Shown here piece after piece: positions 17,601-27,100 of a stretch of 64,000 nucleotides of DNA; position 1 is the first letter of the stretch, and each line of letters begins with the position of its first letter. Source of the DNA: a virus. The translations under genes and the position numbers were made by a program. The DNA lies in IMG/VR virus record IMGVR_UViG_3300020203_000404, positions 32,001 through 96,000 of that record. One strand, 5' to 3'. The notes beneath the pieces are model-generated. The model searched no databases. It saw only the letters and a program-made list of their open reading frames with translations, and was not told the origin of the DNA.

Positions 17601-19997
17601 CAAAAAGAAGCCACCGTCCAGGCTGCCGATTCACTTGGCAAGTTCCGTTCGGCACTGGCTAGGGTAGGAGCCCAGGCCGCCGCCAGTGGTGATATTGATC
17701 TCACTGGAGCAATCTCAGGTCTCAAGAGTGAAGATGTGCGAAAGGCTTTGGCTGGCGGTACAGATCTTCCTAAGGTCTTGCAAGAAGTGATTGCGTCTAC
17801 TTTCGTGAATGGAGTAAAGAGAGCCGAAACAGATCTTTCACAGGTTGCCGATGAATTGGCGGCTTCACTTGCCCCCATTACAAATAGAATGCAAGAGCTT
17901 CGCGACGAAATAGCCGCTCTTGGAGACGTTACTGCGAACACAGAGAAGGCGTCTAAGAAGGCTGAACTACAGCAAGAGCTTGCCGCTAAGGCACTTGAAA
18001 AGCAAAATGTAAAGCAGGATGCCTTCGTAAAGAGTCTTGAAGGTTTGCAGAAGCTGACGACTGAAGATAAGAAGTCACAAGAAGAAGCTGCAAAAGCAGA
18101 GGCTGAACGTATCAAGAAGACTCAAGCTCTCACTGATACCACAAGAGGATTCGCCAACTCTATTGATGATGTTAACAGAAGCTTTGAAGAATTCTCGAAG
18201 CAACGCATCGACAATCTTGCAGGGAAGCAGGCCGGTGCCTATGATGAAGTGAAGTCCGCTCAACAGGGCGTCATCAGTGCTACGGCAGACTTGTCGAATG
18301 TATATGTCGAGTATATTTCAGCTATCATCCAAGTTAACGGCGTTATTGCCGAAGCTAAAATTAAGTCCAATCTACTTGGTCGCGACATTGGTATGCTGAA
18401 CGGCAGCATTGTTTCTTTTCAAGATAAGCTTGGTTCTCTCGATAACGCATTCACAAGCGTTCTCGACGATGCCAACATGAAACTAGAACAACGAATTGGT
18501 CTAGAGAGACAACTTGCAGAACAGACTCTATCGTTCTTGCAGCAAGCTCAAGATCAAATCACGAGTGCTGGTATCAACATCTTTGGACAATCAGCTCAAG
18601 AGAATCAGGGGCTCCAAAAGGGCATTGCGGGCTTGACCTATGTAGCTGAGAAGCTCGGCGGATCATTCCAGAACTTCCTGGGAATGGACTCACAGGAGAT
18701 TGCCGGTCTATCGCAAGAGCTACTCAACTTACCAGTTGATTTCCGCAAACAACTCCTTGACGCCCTATCATTCCTTCCAGGCTCTACCTCGATTGGTGGC
18801 TTTAGTGCCGATCAATTGAAGCAAGCTATTGGACAAGTTGGTGCGGGCGTAGCTCCAGAAGAAGGTTTACCAGCCATCTCTGAACTCACCGCTCAGCAAG
18901 TGGAGCAACTTAAGATCCTAGGACAGCTTACTATGGAAGAGGCTAAGCTGCAACTTAGTCAGGTCTTAACTGCACAGAAGCAGCTTGAAAAAGCTCAAGA
19001 GCAATTGGATATTTCCAAGCTTCAAGAAGAGCGTGCTCGTGAAGGATTTGAAATTGTACGTCTAGCGGTACTTGATGAAATGGCGGTTATAGACCAAGCC
19101 AATATAGAGCGTCGTGAACTATTGCAGAAGGTGATTGAAGCTGATAATGCTAATTCATTACACGGGATTGATACACAAGCTCAGTTGTTTGCTGATCAAA
19201 ACAGAGTTTTTGGTGAAGTTGGAGACGCTGTTGTTGCTGGTGTAGCACAAGCTGTTAATGCTAAAATTGCTATGATTGAAGCTAGAACATCGTTTGATAA
19301 CTTGAATCAAGCAGAGAACCTTAGTAATCAGGCTAATGGATTTATCCCGAATTTCGCTAATGGAAACTTGTCTCCTGGCGAAGCTGCCGGTATTTTGCGT
19401 GCAGCGGCTCGTGAAAAGAAGATGATGCCGAATGGTGCCAACTTGGCTATTGCCAATGACCACGAAGCTATTATTCCGATGTACAAAAACTTTGCTGGTG
19501 GTAACGATCAAGGTAGTTCAATTGCTGCTAGCGTCAATAGTATTCGTACAATTGATCAAACTATGGTTGCTGCGATTGCTCGTTCTGTTCAAGGTACACT
19601 TTCGCAAATTACAACAAACAGTGGTAGTGAGCAATCTCTTGACAAGATTGCCGGATTGTTAGTAGATCTCAATACAAGCATTGGACAAGTGCGTGATTCA
19701 AGTATTGCTATTAAGACGAACACGGCTGGTCTTGCTGCTACTACTGGTAGCAGAACGACTGGTGCTCCGTCTACTGCTGGTGGACAAGAAATCAACATCA
19801 ATCTACAGACAAATCAACAAAGCACTGTGCAAATTACTGGACTTGAGAACTTGCGTGATCAATTGAGAGCGGCATTGTCTGAGACAACAGATAGACAAGT
19901 TGCCAAGCAGATTGAAGCATTGATGGTACAACTTGACCCTGTGTTCCAAGCATTGAATGAACGTGGTATTGTCAACTCGTTCGGGCAGTCGAGATAA
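14622..19997 (+). CDS. Tail tape measure protein
   Basis: 1791 aa, Ala/Leu/Gln-rich helical; TP901-type core (GNEIGTFFKTLQTRI); C-terminal GFIPNFANG/NFAGG motifs. Confidence 0.9.
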   Translation: MSNRLELEAILKFVGVKINANVFSNISRAAAGMPGPVQQFNRNLHQSVDAANNVNRSIRGVNSQLSGSEKAARLFLQRMAQFAILLPTFATLNKSIQGGVQFLFEFDAIIKDIIRTDIGSMTGKFDEIAKSAFALSKEFGSSAIVAAETIKTYVQAGNSLKEANELARLSILATKASTLDAAQAVEFLLSASKQFGLEGEALANSLDALVKAEDLTALEARDIADAFKTGGNSLAVFGKDINDSIGLISALREQTRKSGNEIGTFFKTLQTRIFAAGESRSAVEGLRVSVQNFDGTLRPTLAVLNDLKKAFFGVEGGAKGLSEAEQANAAKAIAGVRQFEELIGTLKSLDRANEIAAESANAAGAARQKEAVDATKLQRRLDELIAAGQELAQSLGNAGSTDFFKNSLKGVTSLVEGITEIVNLLDKFKVPILPILAPLAIKGLDTVFGLGLMGGGKGGKGGSPGGRGGGGGGGPPGLNTADLAANTAALRQLTGVISELVQHIKMASGAYSNQAAASQLAIAATNVQTKTMEVQAGVTREATSATQSFTQRMKAAFTTRIGGGTGRSIRGTDSVKNFAIFAGLTIAGSAVTSGLNHLADNLGSRSPVASSLTKTTSAAAQMGIQFAAFGPLAAGVAAAFGALIDVGLRFADNIGDMNDASKENLQLRVDSVKETAGLKTVGRSSEATAAFGNALEGRAKQNINYSQAFKLIFDSMDTGTKKLIGSSAALKEVYLTNSRVINTTVTDSFTGASKVVSSYVKGAGADLIKQWAFQESGAIQNQEALDLLRASYDSTGNSTLVYRDQQDLIEQAYGRLAVGAAEAAKQVEFLRLTFEDMKDLQSLIASAQDVNSINRDILNQSKKPEDLAQGIDELSQTSKNATSDLANAQKAFEDLLSTLQVAGADISQLGAFSSMEETKKFIGDIGALLSKPNNGAAIASFLGDKDMTDSQKNFAKEYINIEKDRIKATLTAKEAEAAFSSEAYKRNLEETRAQKEATVQAADSLGKFRSALARVGAQAAASGDIDLTGAISGLKSEDVRKALAGGTDLPKVLQEVIASTFVNGVKRAETDLSQVADELAASLAPITNRMQELRDEIAALGDVTANTEKASKKAELQQELAAKALEKQNVKQDAFVKSLEGLQKLTTEDKKSQEEAAKAEAERIKKTQALTDTTRGFANSIDDVNRSFEEFSKQRIDNLAGKQAGAYDEVKSAQQGVISATADLSNVYVEYISAIIQVNGVIAEAKIKSNLLGRDIGMLNGSIVSFQDKLGSLDNAFTSVLDDANMKLEQRIGLERQLAEQTLSFLQQAQDQITSAGINIFGQSAQENQGLQKGIAGLTYVAEKLGGSFQNFLGMDSQEIAGLSQELLNLPVDFRKQLLDALSFLPGSTSIGGFSADQLKQAIGQVGAGVAPEEGLPAISELTAQQVEQLKILGQLTMEEAKLQLSQVLTAQKQLEKAQEQLDISKLQEERAREGFEIVRLAVLDEMAVIDQANIERRELLQKVIEADNANSLHGIDTQAQLFADQNRVFGEVGDAVVAGVAQAVNAKIAMIEARTSFDNLNQAENLSNQANGFIPNFANGNLSPGEAAGILRAAAREKKMMPNGANLAIANDHEAIIPMYKNFAGGNDQGSSIAASVNSIRTIDQTMVAAIARSVQGTLSQITTNSGSEQSLDKIAGLLVDLNTSIGQVRDSSIAIKTNTAGLAATTGSRTTGAPSTAGGQEININLQTNQQSTVQITGLENLRDQLRAALSETTDRQVAKQIEALMVQLDPVFQALNERGIVNSFGQSR

Positions 19998-19999
19998 TC

Positions 20000-21517
20000 A
20001 TGGCCGACCTAATCTCTATCGTTACTCAACCACCGCAGTCAGCGGTTGAAGTCTTCTACAATGGACAGAAGATTGTACCCGCTCCGTTTATTGATTGGAC
20101 GGTCGAATCACAGTTCCGAAATGATGGAACTCGTGTATCCAATGTTAATAGATTGACGTTGACGGGCACCACGCTTATTGTACCTTCGGGTAGTTATGAG
20201 CAGATGTATCTTAAGCAGCAAGCATTACGCGATGTTTTCTCTGAGGATTATCAAGACTTCGTAATTCTTGCTGGCCCCGGCAATAAGACCTTGCCACTTG
20301 GAGCAATCATTGCTTCTGGTTTACGTCCTCGTATTAACAGTATCAATATCGCACCTGATACTCAAGTACAAAGATTTGACTGGACGATCGAGATGCAGGA
20401 TCTCGTTGCCGCTTCCGGTGTAAGTGGCATCACTTCTAGTCTTAGCAATCAGTGGTCTTTTCGTGAAGATCAAGATACATGCACTCTTCGTGTAACTCAC
20501 CAAGTAAATGCTGAGGGGCCTGAAAACGAACCAGATAAGTTTGCACAAGCTATGGCTGCCGTTAAGCCATTACTTGGTATTGACAAACTTCCTCTAGATA
20601 TTCCATACTTTGCTCAACCAAACTTCTCTGGTTTGTTTGGTATGACACATCCATCACTTCTTGGTGGTGGACCCGTTTTCGAGGTTTCTGTTCAGCGTGA
20701 AGAAGTGGCGGACATTGCCAATGGTAGCTATTCTGTTACCGAACAGTTCACAATTGTAAGTGGTGTACCATTTTACTTCACTTCTAAGACAGAATCTTTT
20801 CAAGAAGATGCTAATGGAATTGCCGAAGTAACGATCGCTGGTTCCGTACAGGGACTTGGACGCACTCTCACTCCTTTGGACGCAGAGGGTGGCGTAGGTT
20901 ACTTTAGAGCAGCATCTGGATTTGCTAATTATGTTCGTCCTCAACTTCCATGGACTGCCTCTGGCGTTTACATACGTTTCAAGAGCGGTAGTGGTGGTGC
21001 TGGCGGTAGCGGGCTTGCTCTCAATAACCCGACGGCGTTTTCGATCTCGCAGAATAAGTGTCGTGGGTCGATTGACTTCTCGATTACATACACTGATAAT
21101 CCAAACGCTAATTTGCCAAGTGGTATTGCTAGTAAGACATCAAATGTAAATATTGTTGAAGGTACAAGAGTGCAAGTTAGTCACTCTATTCCGTTTCGTC
21201 GTCTTGGTAGCATTATCCAAGACATCAAGACGACTACAGATGGCAGCATTAACATTCAGTGTCAGGCTGTTGCTAAAAATACTGGTAACAACACAATAGA
21301 CACTAATTTGGCAATTGCATTTGTGCAAAATGAAATCAATAGACTCAAAGACATTTATGCCAACACTGCGAATTTTGTTACGTTGCGAATTACGGGCCTA
21401 AATCAACAGACGAGCGACATTGAGCGTAGCTGCAATGTTACTCTTGAATACGCTTTTACGATTGATCTTGCGACAGTACAAGCGGTTGGATCTACAATCA
21501 CGCTAAGGACTTTGTGA
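20000..21517 (+). CDS. Tail tip/baseplate-region structural protein
   Basis: Beta-rich 505 aa directly after the tape measure gene. Confidence 0.6.
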   Translation: MADLISIVTQPPQSAVEVFYNGQKIVPAPFIDWTVESQFRNDGTRVSNVNRLTLTGTTLIVPSGSYEQMYLKQQALRDVFSEDYQDFVILAGPGNKTLPLGAIIASGLRPRINSINIAPDTQVQRFDWTIEMQDLVAASGVSGITSSLSNQWSFREDQDTCTLRVTHQVNAEGPENEPDKFAQAMAAVKPLLGIDKLPLDIPYFAQPNFSGLFGMTHPSLLGGGPVFEVSVQREEVADIANGSYSVTEQFTIVSGVPFYFTSKTESFQEDANGIAEVTIAGSVQGLGRTLTPLDAEGGVGYFRAASGFANYVRPQLPWTASGVYIRFKSGSGGAGGSGLALNNPTAFSISQNKCRGSIDFSITYTDNPNANLPSGIASKTSNVNIVEGTRVQVSHSIPFRRLGSIIQDIKTTTDGSINIQCQAVAKNTGNNTIDTNLAIAFVQNEINRLKDIYANTANFVTLRITGLNQQTSDIERSCNVTLEYAFTIDLATVQAVGSTITLRTL

Positions 21518-21518
21518 C

Positions 21519-22079
21519 ATGGTTAATTTCCCCGCCCTGGAATGGATTCAGCAAAGTCTCGTGATTGATCCTTCTGGCTTCCGTCAATTGAAGCAGCCAG
21601 TCAAGGGTTTTATTCGTAACGTAGATACCGGGGCTGGTGGCGTACTAGATTTCGGCAGCATTAATACAACGGGTTCTGGTGCGATTAGCAATACGCTACT
21701 CGTTTATCCTCGTATCTCATATATGGGTGATGCGAGTGGCGTTTACAACATGCGTTTCTTCTTGACTAACGCATCTGCATTCACTGCTGGTGCATACAGA
21801 TTCTTGGAACAGAAGAGTATGCATTTCGTGCCAAATCTTGCCCTGGATTCAAGTGCGAATAACACACCCAGTAATGTACCAACAAATACTAACTTATCGG
21901 GAACTATTCAGACGCCGAATTGGCAATCTGGTCAGCCATGGATGAGTGGTGTTTTGGACGCGGATGTAGGTCAGTATGTTTACTTGGCTGTAGAAGCCGG
22001 TGTCAGTGTACCGATTGGAACCAAGGGCGGTGCCGGTGCGGGCACATTTAGATACAGACTACTCTATGATTTCTCCTGA
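21519..22079 (+). CDS. Virion structural protein (paralog of 22230..22871)
   Basis: C-terminal YVYL...PIG..G..G.G..RY motif. Confidence 0.6.
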   Translation: MVNFPALEWIQQSLVIDPSGFRQLKQPVKGFIRNVDTGAGGVLDFGSINTTGSGAISNTLLVYPRISYMGDASGVYNMRFFLTNASAFTAGAYRFLEQKSMHFVPNLALDSSANNTPSNVPTNTNLSGTIQTPNWQSGQPWMSGVLDADVGQYVYLAVEAGVSVPIGTKGGAGAGTFRYRLLYDFS

Positions 22080-22251
22080 TCAAGATATCACACTCAAGAA
22101 GGTTGGCGAATCGGAAGACCAAGCTCTACCGATCGGTATCTATCTTGTTACATTTGGTGACAAGGCGGTGTTTGTGCGTCGCTTTGCTGGACGTTTTATG
22201 CCTGTGTCTACAAAGGAACAAGATGAGCTATGTCAACAATTTCGCCTCTAA
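22066..22251 (+). CDS. Small hypothetical protein (61 aa)
   Basis: Fills the gap and overlaps both neighbours. Confidence 0.5.
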   Translation: MISPDQDITLKKVGESEDQALPIGIYLVTFGDKAVFVRRFAGRFMPVSTKEQDELCQQFRL

Positions 22252-22871
22252 TCCGCGTCTTCGCTTGGGACGTTGCTGAGATAGCCAGTCCGGTCGGTAG
22301 TCGTACCGTGCCGGGCGGCTCATTTGCTTTCAAGCACATGGTCTCGTCTGGCTGCATGACGGCAGATCCATTGAATCCTGCAACGACATCTGGAGTGCTA
22401 CTTTTCGAGGGTACAAAGTTTGACCTTACGAATTTGCCGCCTCCACCGCATTTGGCTTCTAAGCCAGCTTGCTTAACTTTTAATCTTGCGAATAGTGGCG
22501 TTGCTGTATCCGACCTGAGTTTGTTCTTGATTAACGACTCCGCCCTAAGGGCGGGCGTTTGGAGCGGTGCTGGATCGGGTATTGTTCAAATAATGCAAGG
22601 TGGATCAAGCTGGCTATACAATCTGTCTATGCCGTCAGGCTCAAGTCCAGTCTTGACCACAAGCATTCCAAGCATTCCAAATGTACGTCGTCAAGACGGT
22701 ACAGCGGCACTCGCTGCACAGGACGATCTCAATTCGTCTGAGTTTGTATACCTAAACCTCATATTACCGATTGGCTTTCCACTTGGTAGCTTTGGAGTAT
22801 GTGGATCTGGCTTATTGAGATTCGGGTTAGTGTTTAATTATTGGCCTAATGACTACCTTCTATCTTTTTAG
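22230..22871 (+). CDS. Virion structural protein (paralog of 21519..22079)
   Basis: C-terminal FVYL...PLG..G..G.G..RF motif. Confidence 0.6.
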   Translation: MSTISPLIRVFAWDVAEIASPVGSRTVPGGSFAFKHMVSSGCMTADPLNPATTSGVLLFEGTKFDLTNLPPPPHLASKPACLTFNLANSGVAVSDLSLFLINDSALRAGVWSGAGSGIVQIMQGGSSWLYNLSMPSGSSPVLTTSIPSIPNVRRQDGTAALAAQDDLNSSEFVYLNLILPIGFPLGSFGVCGSGLLRFGLVFNYWPNDYLLSF

Positions 22872-22877
22872 TGTATT
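22867..22877 (+). promoter_or_regulatory. Candidate late-promoter motif TTTAGTGTATT (exact)
   Basis: Exact 11-mer; its TAG is the stop codon of the upstream gene. Confidence 0.6.
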
Positions 22878-22936
22878 CCATAGTGGGTCAAGAGCCCACT
22901 AGTCAAACGTTTGATTTCTTAGAAGGGGGCCATAAC

Positions 22937-23122
22937 ATGGCAACTGTCAATTTTACAAGTAGCAAGAACAACGCTAACTTTGTGTCGTGGACACTCGGAA
23001 CGAAGTTAGAAAGGCTTTCTGATCGTGATGGCGTTACGGTAACCCGTGGCGGTCTGATCAGTGTTATCAGCAACCTCGGCGTCGGCGTCACTGCGGCCAA
23101 TCCTTTCACTATCCTTGGATGA
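22937..23122 (+). CDS. Small protein (61 aa) with its own promoter motif and terminator
   Basis: RBS AAGGGGG, ATG 22937. Confidence 0.65.
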   Translation: MATVNFTSSKNNANFVSWTLGTKLERLSDRDGVTVTRGGLISVISNLGVGVTAANPFTILG

Positions 23123-23143
23123 GTGAAAATCGCTGACTGCCAA

Positions 23144-23178
23144 GGCAAAGCCCGCTTATGCGGGCTTTGTCGTTTTTT
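23144..23178 (+). terminator. Rho-independent terminator
   Basis: GGCAAAGCCCGC-TTAT-GCGGGCTTTGTC-GTTTTTT. Confidence 0.85.
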
Positions 23179-23277
23179 GCCAACTCTTCAGTAGTTACTA
23201 ATATAATTTCTATTTTCTGGTAAATCCATGATTTTACTTGCCAAAACGCCAAAACCATGTAAGCATAAAACAGCAAG

Positions 23278-23523
23278 GCTGTGATAACGCTAGGCGAAGC
23301 CGAGTGTGACCAGCTATATGAGCTAACATGTTGTCACGGCATCAGTAGCTAATATAGGCCAACTGATATTTTCCTCTTTTCAAGCCGCCTCCCGTGCTAA
23401 CGTTAGTTTGATCTAACATGGCTCTTGCGAGTGGATCCTTGTTGATATCGCTTGAAAATGAAGAAAGATAGGGTGTTGCGAAGGCGGGCCAATGGCCACC
23501 GCCACCAGTTCTTCTTTTTCAAG
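23278..23523 (+). ncRNA. Candidate structured non-coding RNA (alternatively an origin-like element)
   Basis: Several nested stems with G-U pairs in the longest non-coding stretch of the window. Confidence 0.3.
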
Positions 23524-23534
23524 TTTAGTGTATT
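23524..23534 (+). promoter_or_regulatory. Candidate late-promoter motif TTTAGTGTATT (exact)
   Basis: Exact 11-mer upstream of the tail-tip operon. Confidence 0.6.
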
Positions 23535-23586
23535 CATGACATGGGGCATAGCGTTTCGCTTAGCCTTTGGTGTAAGGGGATATACA

Positions 23587-23742
23587 GTGACTAAGACATG
23601 TTGTAAGCTTAAAAAGGCTAAGATTGAGTTCTATGGCAATAGAACCAAGAGTGACGGCTTGTCAATGTCATGTAGCAAAATGCTACGTCAAGCATATACT
23701 GCTGATAAATTGGAGCAGCTACATGCCTACGGCGTCATTTGA
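23587..23742 (+). pseudogene. Degenerate Zn-finger of the type found at the N-terminus of phage homing endonucleases
   Basis: RBS AAGGGGA + GTG; KTCCK...EFYGNRTKSDGLSMSCSK, and removing one A at 23677-23680 restores CSKC. Confidence 0.4.
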
Positions 23743-24187
23743 ATACGAAGGTGATGTTGGCACCTTAACAGTAGTCACGCACTTTGACGCTACGCACGTC
23801 ATTAGCTGCACCAAGCATGACGGCGAGCTTTTCCGTCTAGGCGGAACTGCCGTGAATGAAGTCGCGGTCCATGAAGGCGTCATCCTCAACATTACCCTTT
23901 CTACTTTTCGAGCGTTTGCATCTAACGGCCAGACCTTTGAAGGCCGTGGTGTACTATCTCCAGAAAACTGGAGCGATGCTGATCTGCACTGCTACGTGCA
24001 TGAACATTATCCGCTTGATATGGAAGGCAAAGAGCCTGAGTGGTTCGTTGCCAGCCGTCCACTTCAAAACGCCCATCACATTTTCGTGAACCTGGACGTG
24101 CTTGATGGTGGCGGAAATTTGATTAAGAGATATAGAATGTCTCCATTTACTGGAAAACATGTAGTATTGGAGTACGTCAATGGTTAA
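23723..24187 (+). CDS. Hypothetical protein (154 aa)
   Basis: GGAG at 23712, ATG 23723. Confidence 0.7.
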   Translation: MPTASFEYEGDVGTLTVVTHFDATHVISCTKHDGELFRLGGTAVNEVAVHEGVILNITLSTFRAFASNGQTFEGRGVLSPENWSDADLHCYVHEHYPLDMEGKEPEWFVASRPLQNAHHIFVNLDVLDGGGNLIKRYRMSPFTGKHVVLEYVNG

Positions 24188-27100
24188 TTTCCTAAATGAT
24201 GGATCATTGATTGGATTTTGGCCGCTTAATGAACCTAGTGGCTCTCCTATTTTCCTGAACTACTCTCCAGCACGTTCGAGAGCACCTAGCGGCATTTCGT
24301 TTGACTTCCACGTTGCTGTAGCTGATACAGTTGACGACGAAGAAGTCAAGTCGGTTTGGCCCGGTACGACTACAGTCTTTAATCCTGAGTCTGGCGTCAA
24401 TTACAATGGTTACATGGTTCAGGGCTATTGGAGGCTTGGTGCGGACTCTTCTCCGTATAGCAGATATCTTGTTCTTGGAAATGGTTGTTCGCAAGTTTGT
24501 GAACAGACACTATCGAGTAACGTAGCACAGAGTGGTATTACTGTTGGTATTTGGGTATATCCAAATAGCGATGGTTATTTGAATTATTATGCTGATGCGT
24601 TACCAGGATCATTCAACGGAGAAACGGAAGGTGCTCGTTGCCACACGTTGTTTACACAAAAACAACATGCCACTCTTGGTGGTTGGCAGATTGGTGTATC
24701 TGGTGCCACTAACAATGGTGCCCAATTCAATTCTTTTTCAAGCAATAGACAATTGACAGCGTATGCAAGCATTGAAAGAAATACTGCCGCCCCAACTGTT
24801 CTAAGTACTCCTATTGAATCTGGTTGCTATACTCACCTGACATTTACGTTTCGTTACATTAATGGTACGGCAGATCAGATTGTCCTTTACAAGAACGGAC
24901 GTGTTGCGGCCAGCGGGACCAGTAACACTGGTGCTGGTGGTGCCAGTGCTACTACTCTTGCTAATACAAATCTTATTGGACGTGCTCTTGCTATTGGCGG
25001 TGGAGACGACGCCAATGTCGGTTCAAGTGACTATGGCGGAACGTGTGGATGGAACCATCTAGTGTCTGGAGCGTATGTTTTCAGACGTGTGTTGAATGAG
25101 GGTGAAATTCTAGACCTTCATGTTGGGGCTACACTTCAGCCACTAGAGGGTAATATAAAGCAACCCATTAGGGTTGAGTTGACAGACGATAAACTTTTAG
25201 CTTATTATCCATTCCGTTCCGTGGGTTGGCCCGACGTTTCAAAGAATCATAGAGCACTGATTGGCACCCAAGACGAAGGATCGCTATCTTACTACATTTC
25301 TGTTCCTGGCCCATTTAAGGGTGGCGGAATGTTGATGAATGGAACGTCACAAGCCGAGTCGGTGGTAGCAACAAGTGGATTGATCTATGATATGATCAAT
25401 TCAAGAAGCTGGACTTTGAGCGTTGTTGCTGGACCAGTAAATGGTTTGGGCCGTGACGACAACATGATCTTTTCTATGGGATCAGTATCTGCCTCTACCG
25501 CTGGTGCTCCGGCGGCAATTACTACTTCGACATTTGGTATGGCATTAACAGAAATGTCGTCACCAAATAGAATTCGTCTATCTGTATATCCGCTTGGTGA
25601 TATTACTGCTTCCGTTTTTAATATTGATTCAGCAACCAGTGGTTATTACAATAGCGTCCCATGTAATTACGCCGTTGCATATGACGATAGCACAAAAGGT
25701 ATTGCACTATACGTTGATGGCCATGTACAAGGCAGTGGAACACTGGAACACTCATTGTCCGATCAGCTACTCAGACTAGCGGGTAGTGGCTACCCATTAA
25801 TGTTTGCAAATGGTATTGCAAACACGATAGCTGACGCAAATGATCCTGGCATACTCACCGCTGGTGGTCGAGATTTATATTTTGGACCTATTCTTGTAAT
25901 GGGCAGAGCTATGCTGCCAGAAGAATTGATGTACGTTGCTCAAAGCGGTATTAATACGACATCCACTTGGCGTACGCCGTATGATTCTAGATTGATGGGT
26001 TACTGGCCTTGTTCTGATTTCAAGCTCGATGATGTTATTGTTGAGGATCGTGCTAGAGTATGGAATGAGTTTCCCGGTAATCTGTTACGTGGTGATACTA
26101 CTACTAAGTGGGCGGCATACTATGCTTTGAATCAACGGACTAATCAGTTTGGTACGCGTATTACACCACCTCAGCTTGCCAGCTATGGCACACTTGGCAT
26201 TACATCTGGTATTTTTGGAGTACATGGCTTAAGTGCGGGTACGGCAAATGTTACCGATGCTGGTGCAGCAAGATCTTCTATTGCTAATTTTAGTCAACGT
26301 TACAAACCCGTCAACGTAGCATCTAATATTCAGTGCCAGAACGTTCTTGGTGATTTTTTGATTGGTTACGAAGTCACTCCAAGCGGAAATATTCCACTAA
26401 CTCCATTTGGTTTGACTGGTGATAACGTGAAGTTTGAATTCAATTCAACACTAAGCGTGTATGGTAACCAAGCCGGTAGTTCAGCCAATGGCGAGCTTCG
26501 CTCATTCTTAACGACTGTAGATGCGGCACAAGGTTCTGGCGTGTCGATTGTGTTTGCGTCACGTACTGGTACATTCAATGCTGCCAATTATGTTGGACTG
26601 GTATCTGGCGTGGTACCATATGGTGTACCAACGAAGATCCTCTTCCATTCAAAGATGGATGCTCCATACAATGTGAATGGTGATACTGCTGGTTCAACGC
26701 CTCTAACTATTACGTTGTGGATTAATGGCGTGCCGGTACAGCGTCGTCGTATGACTGCTGCTACCGCTCGTATCTGGACGCCGAACGCCCCTAACGCAAC
26801 CACCGATGATTTCTTGTTACAGTTTGGTGGCGAAGCCGGTAACGACGTACTTACGACGCAGATCTCTAGAGATGGTGGTCTGGGCGAATTGTACATGCGT
26901 GAGATTTTTCTCATGCGTGGAATATTTGATCAAAATGAAGTTGAGGCGTTAGCTGTCAGTGGTATTCAGAATCCAACAATCACCGGATACACCCCAACGC
27001 TTTCAAAGACACAAGTGACCGTTTTCGATTCTAATTTGCAAGGGTATTGGAGATTCAATGGACTAGCGGGTGGAGGATCAGGTACAACCGATTTGAGCTT

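Noticed and set aside
23179-23590. tRNA genes in the intergenic regions
   Set aside because: No T-loop (GTTCRA) or cloverleaf pattern found by eye
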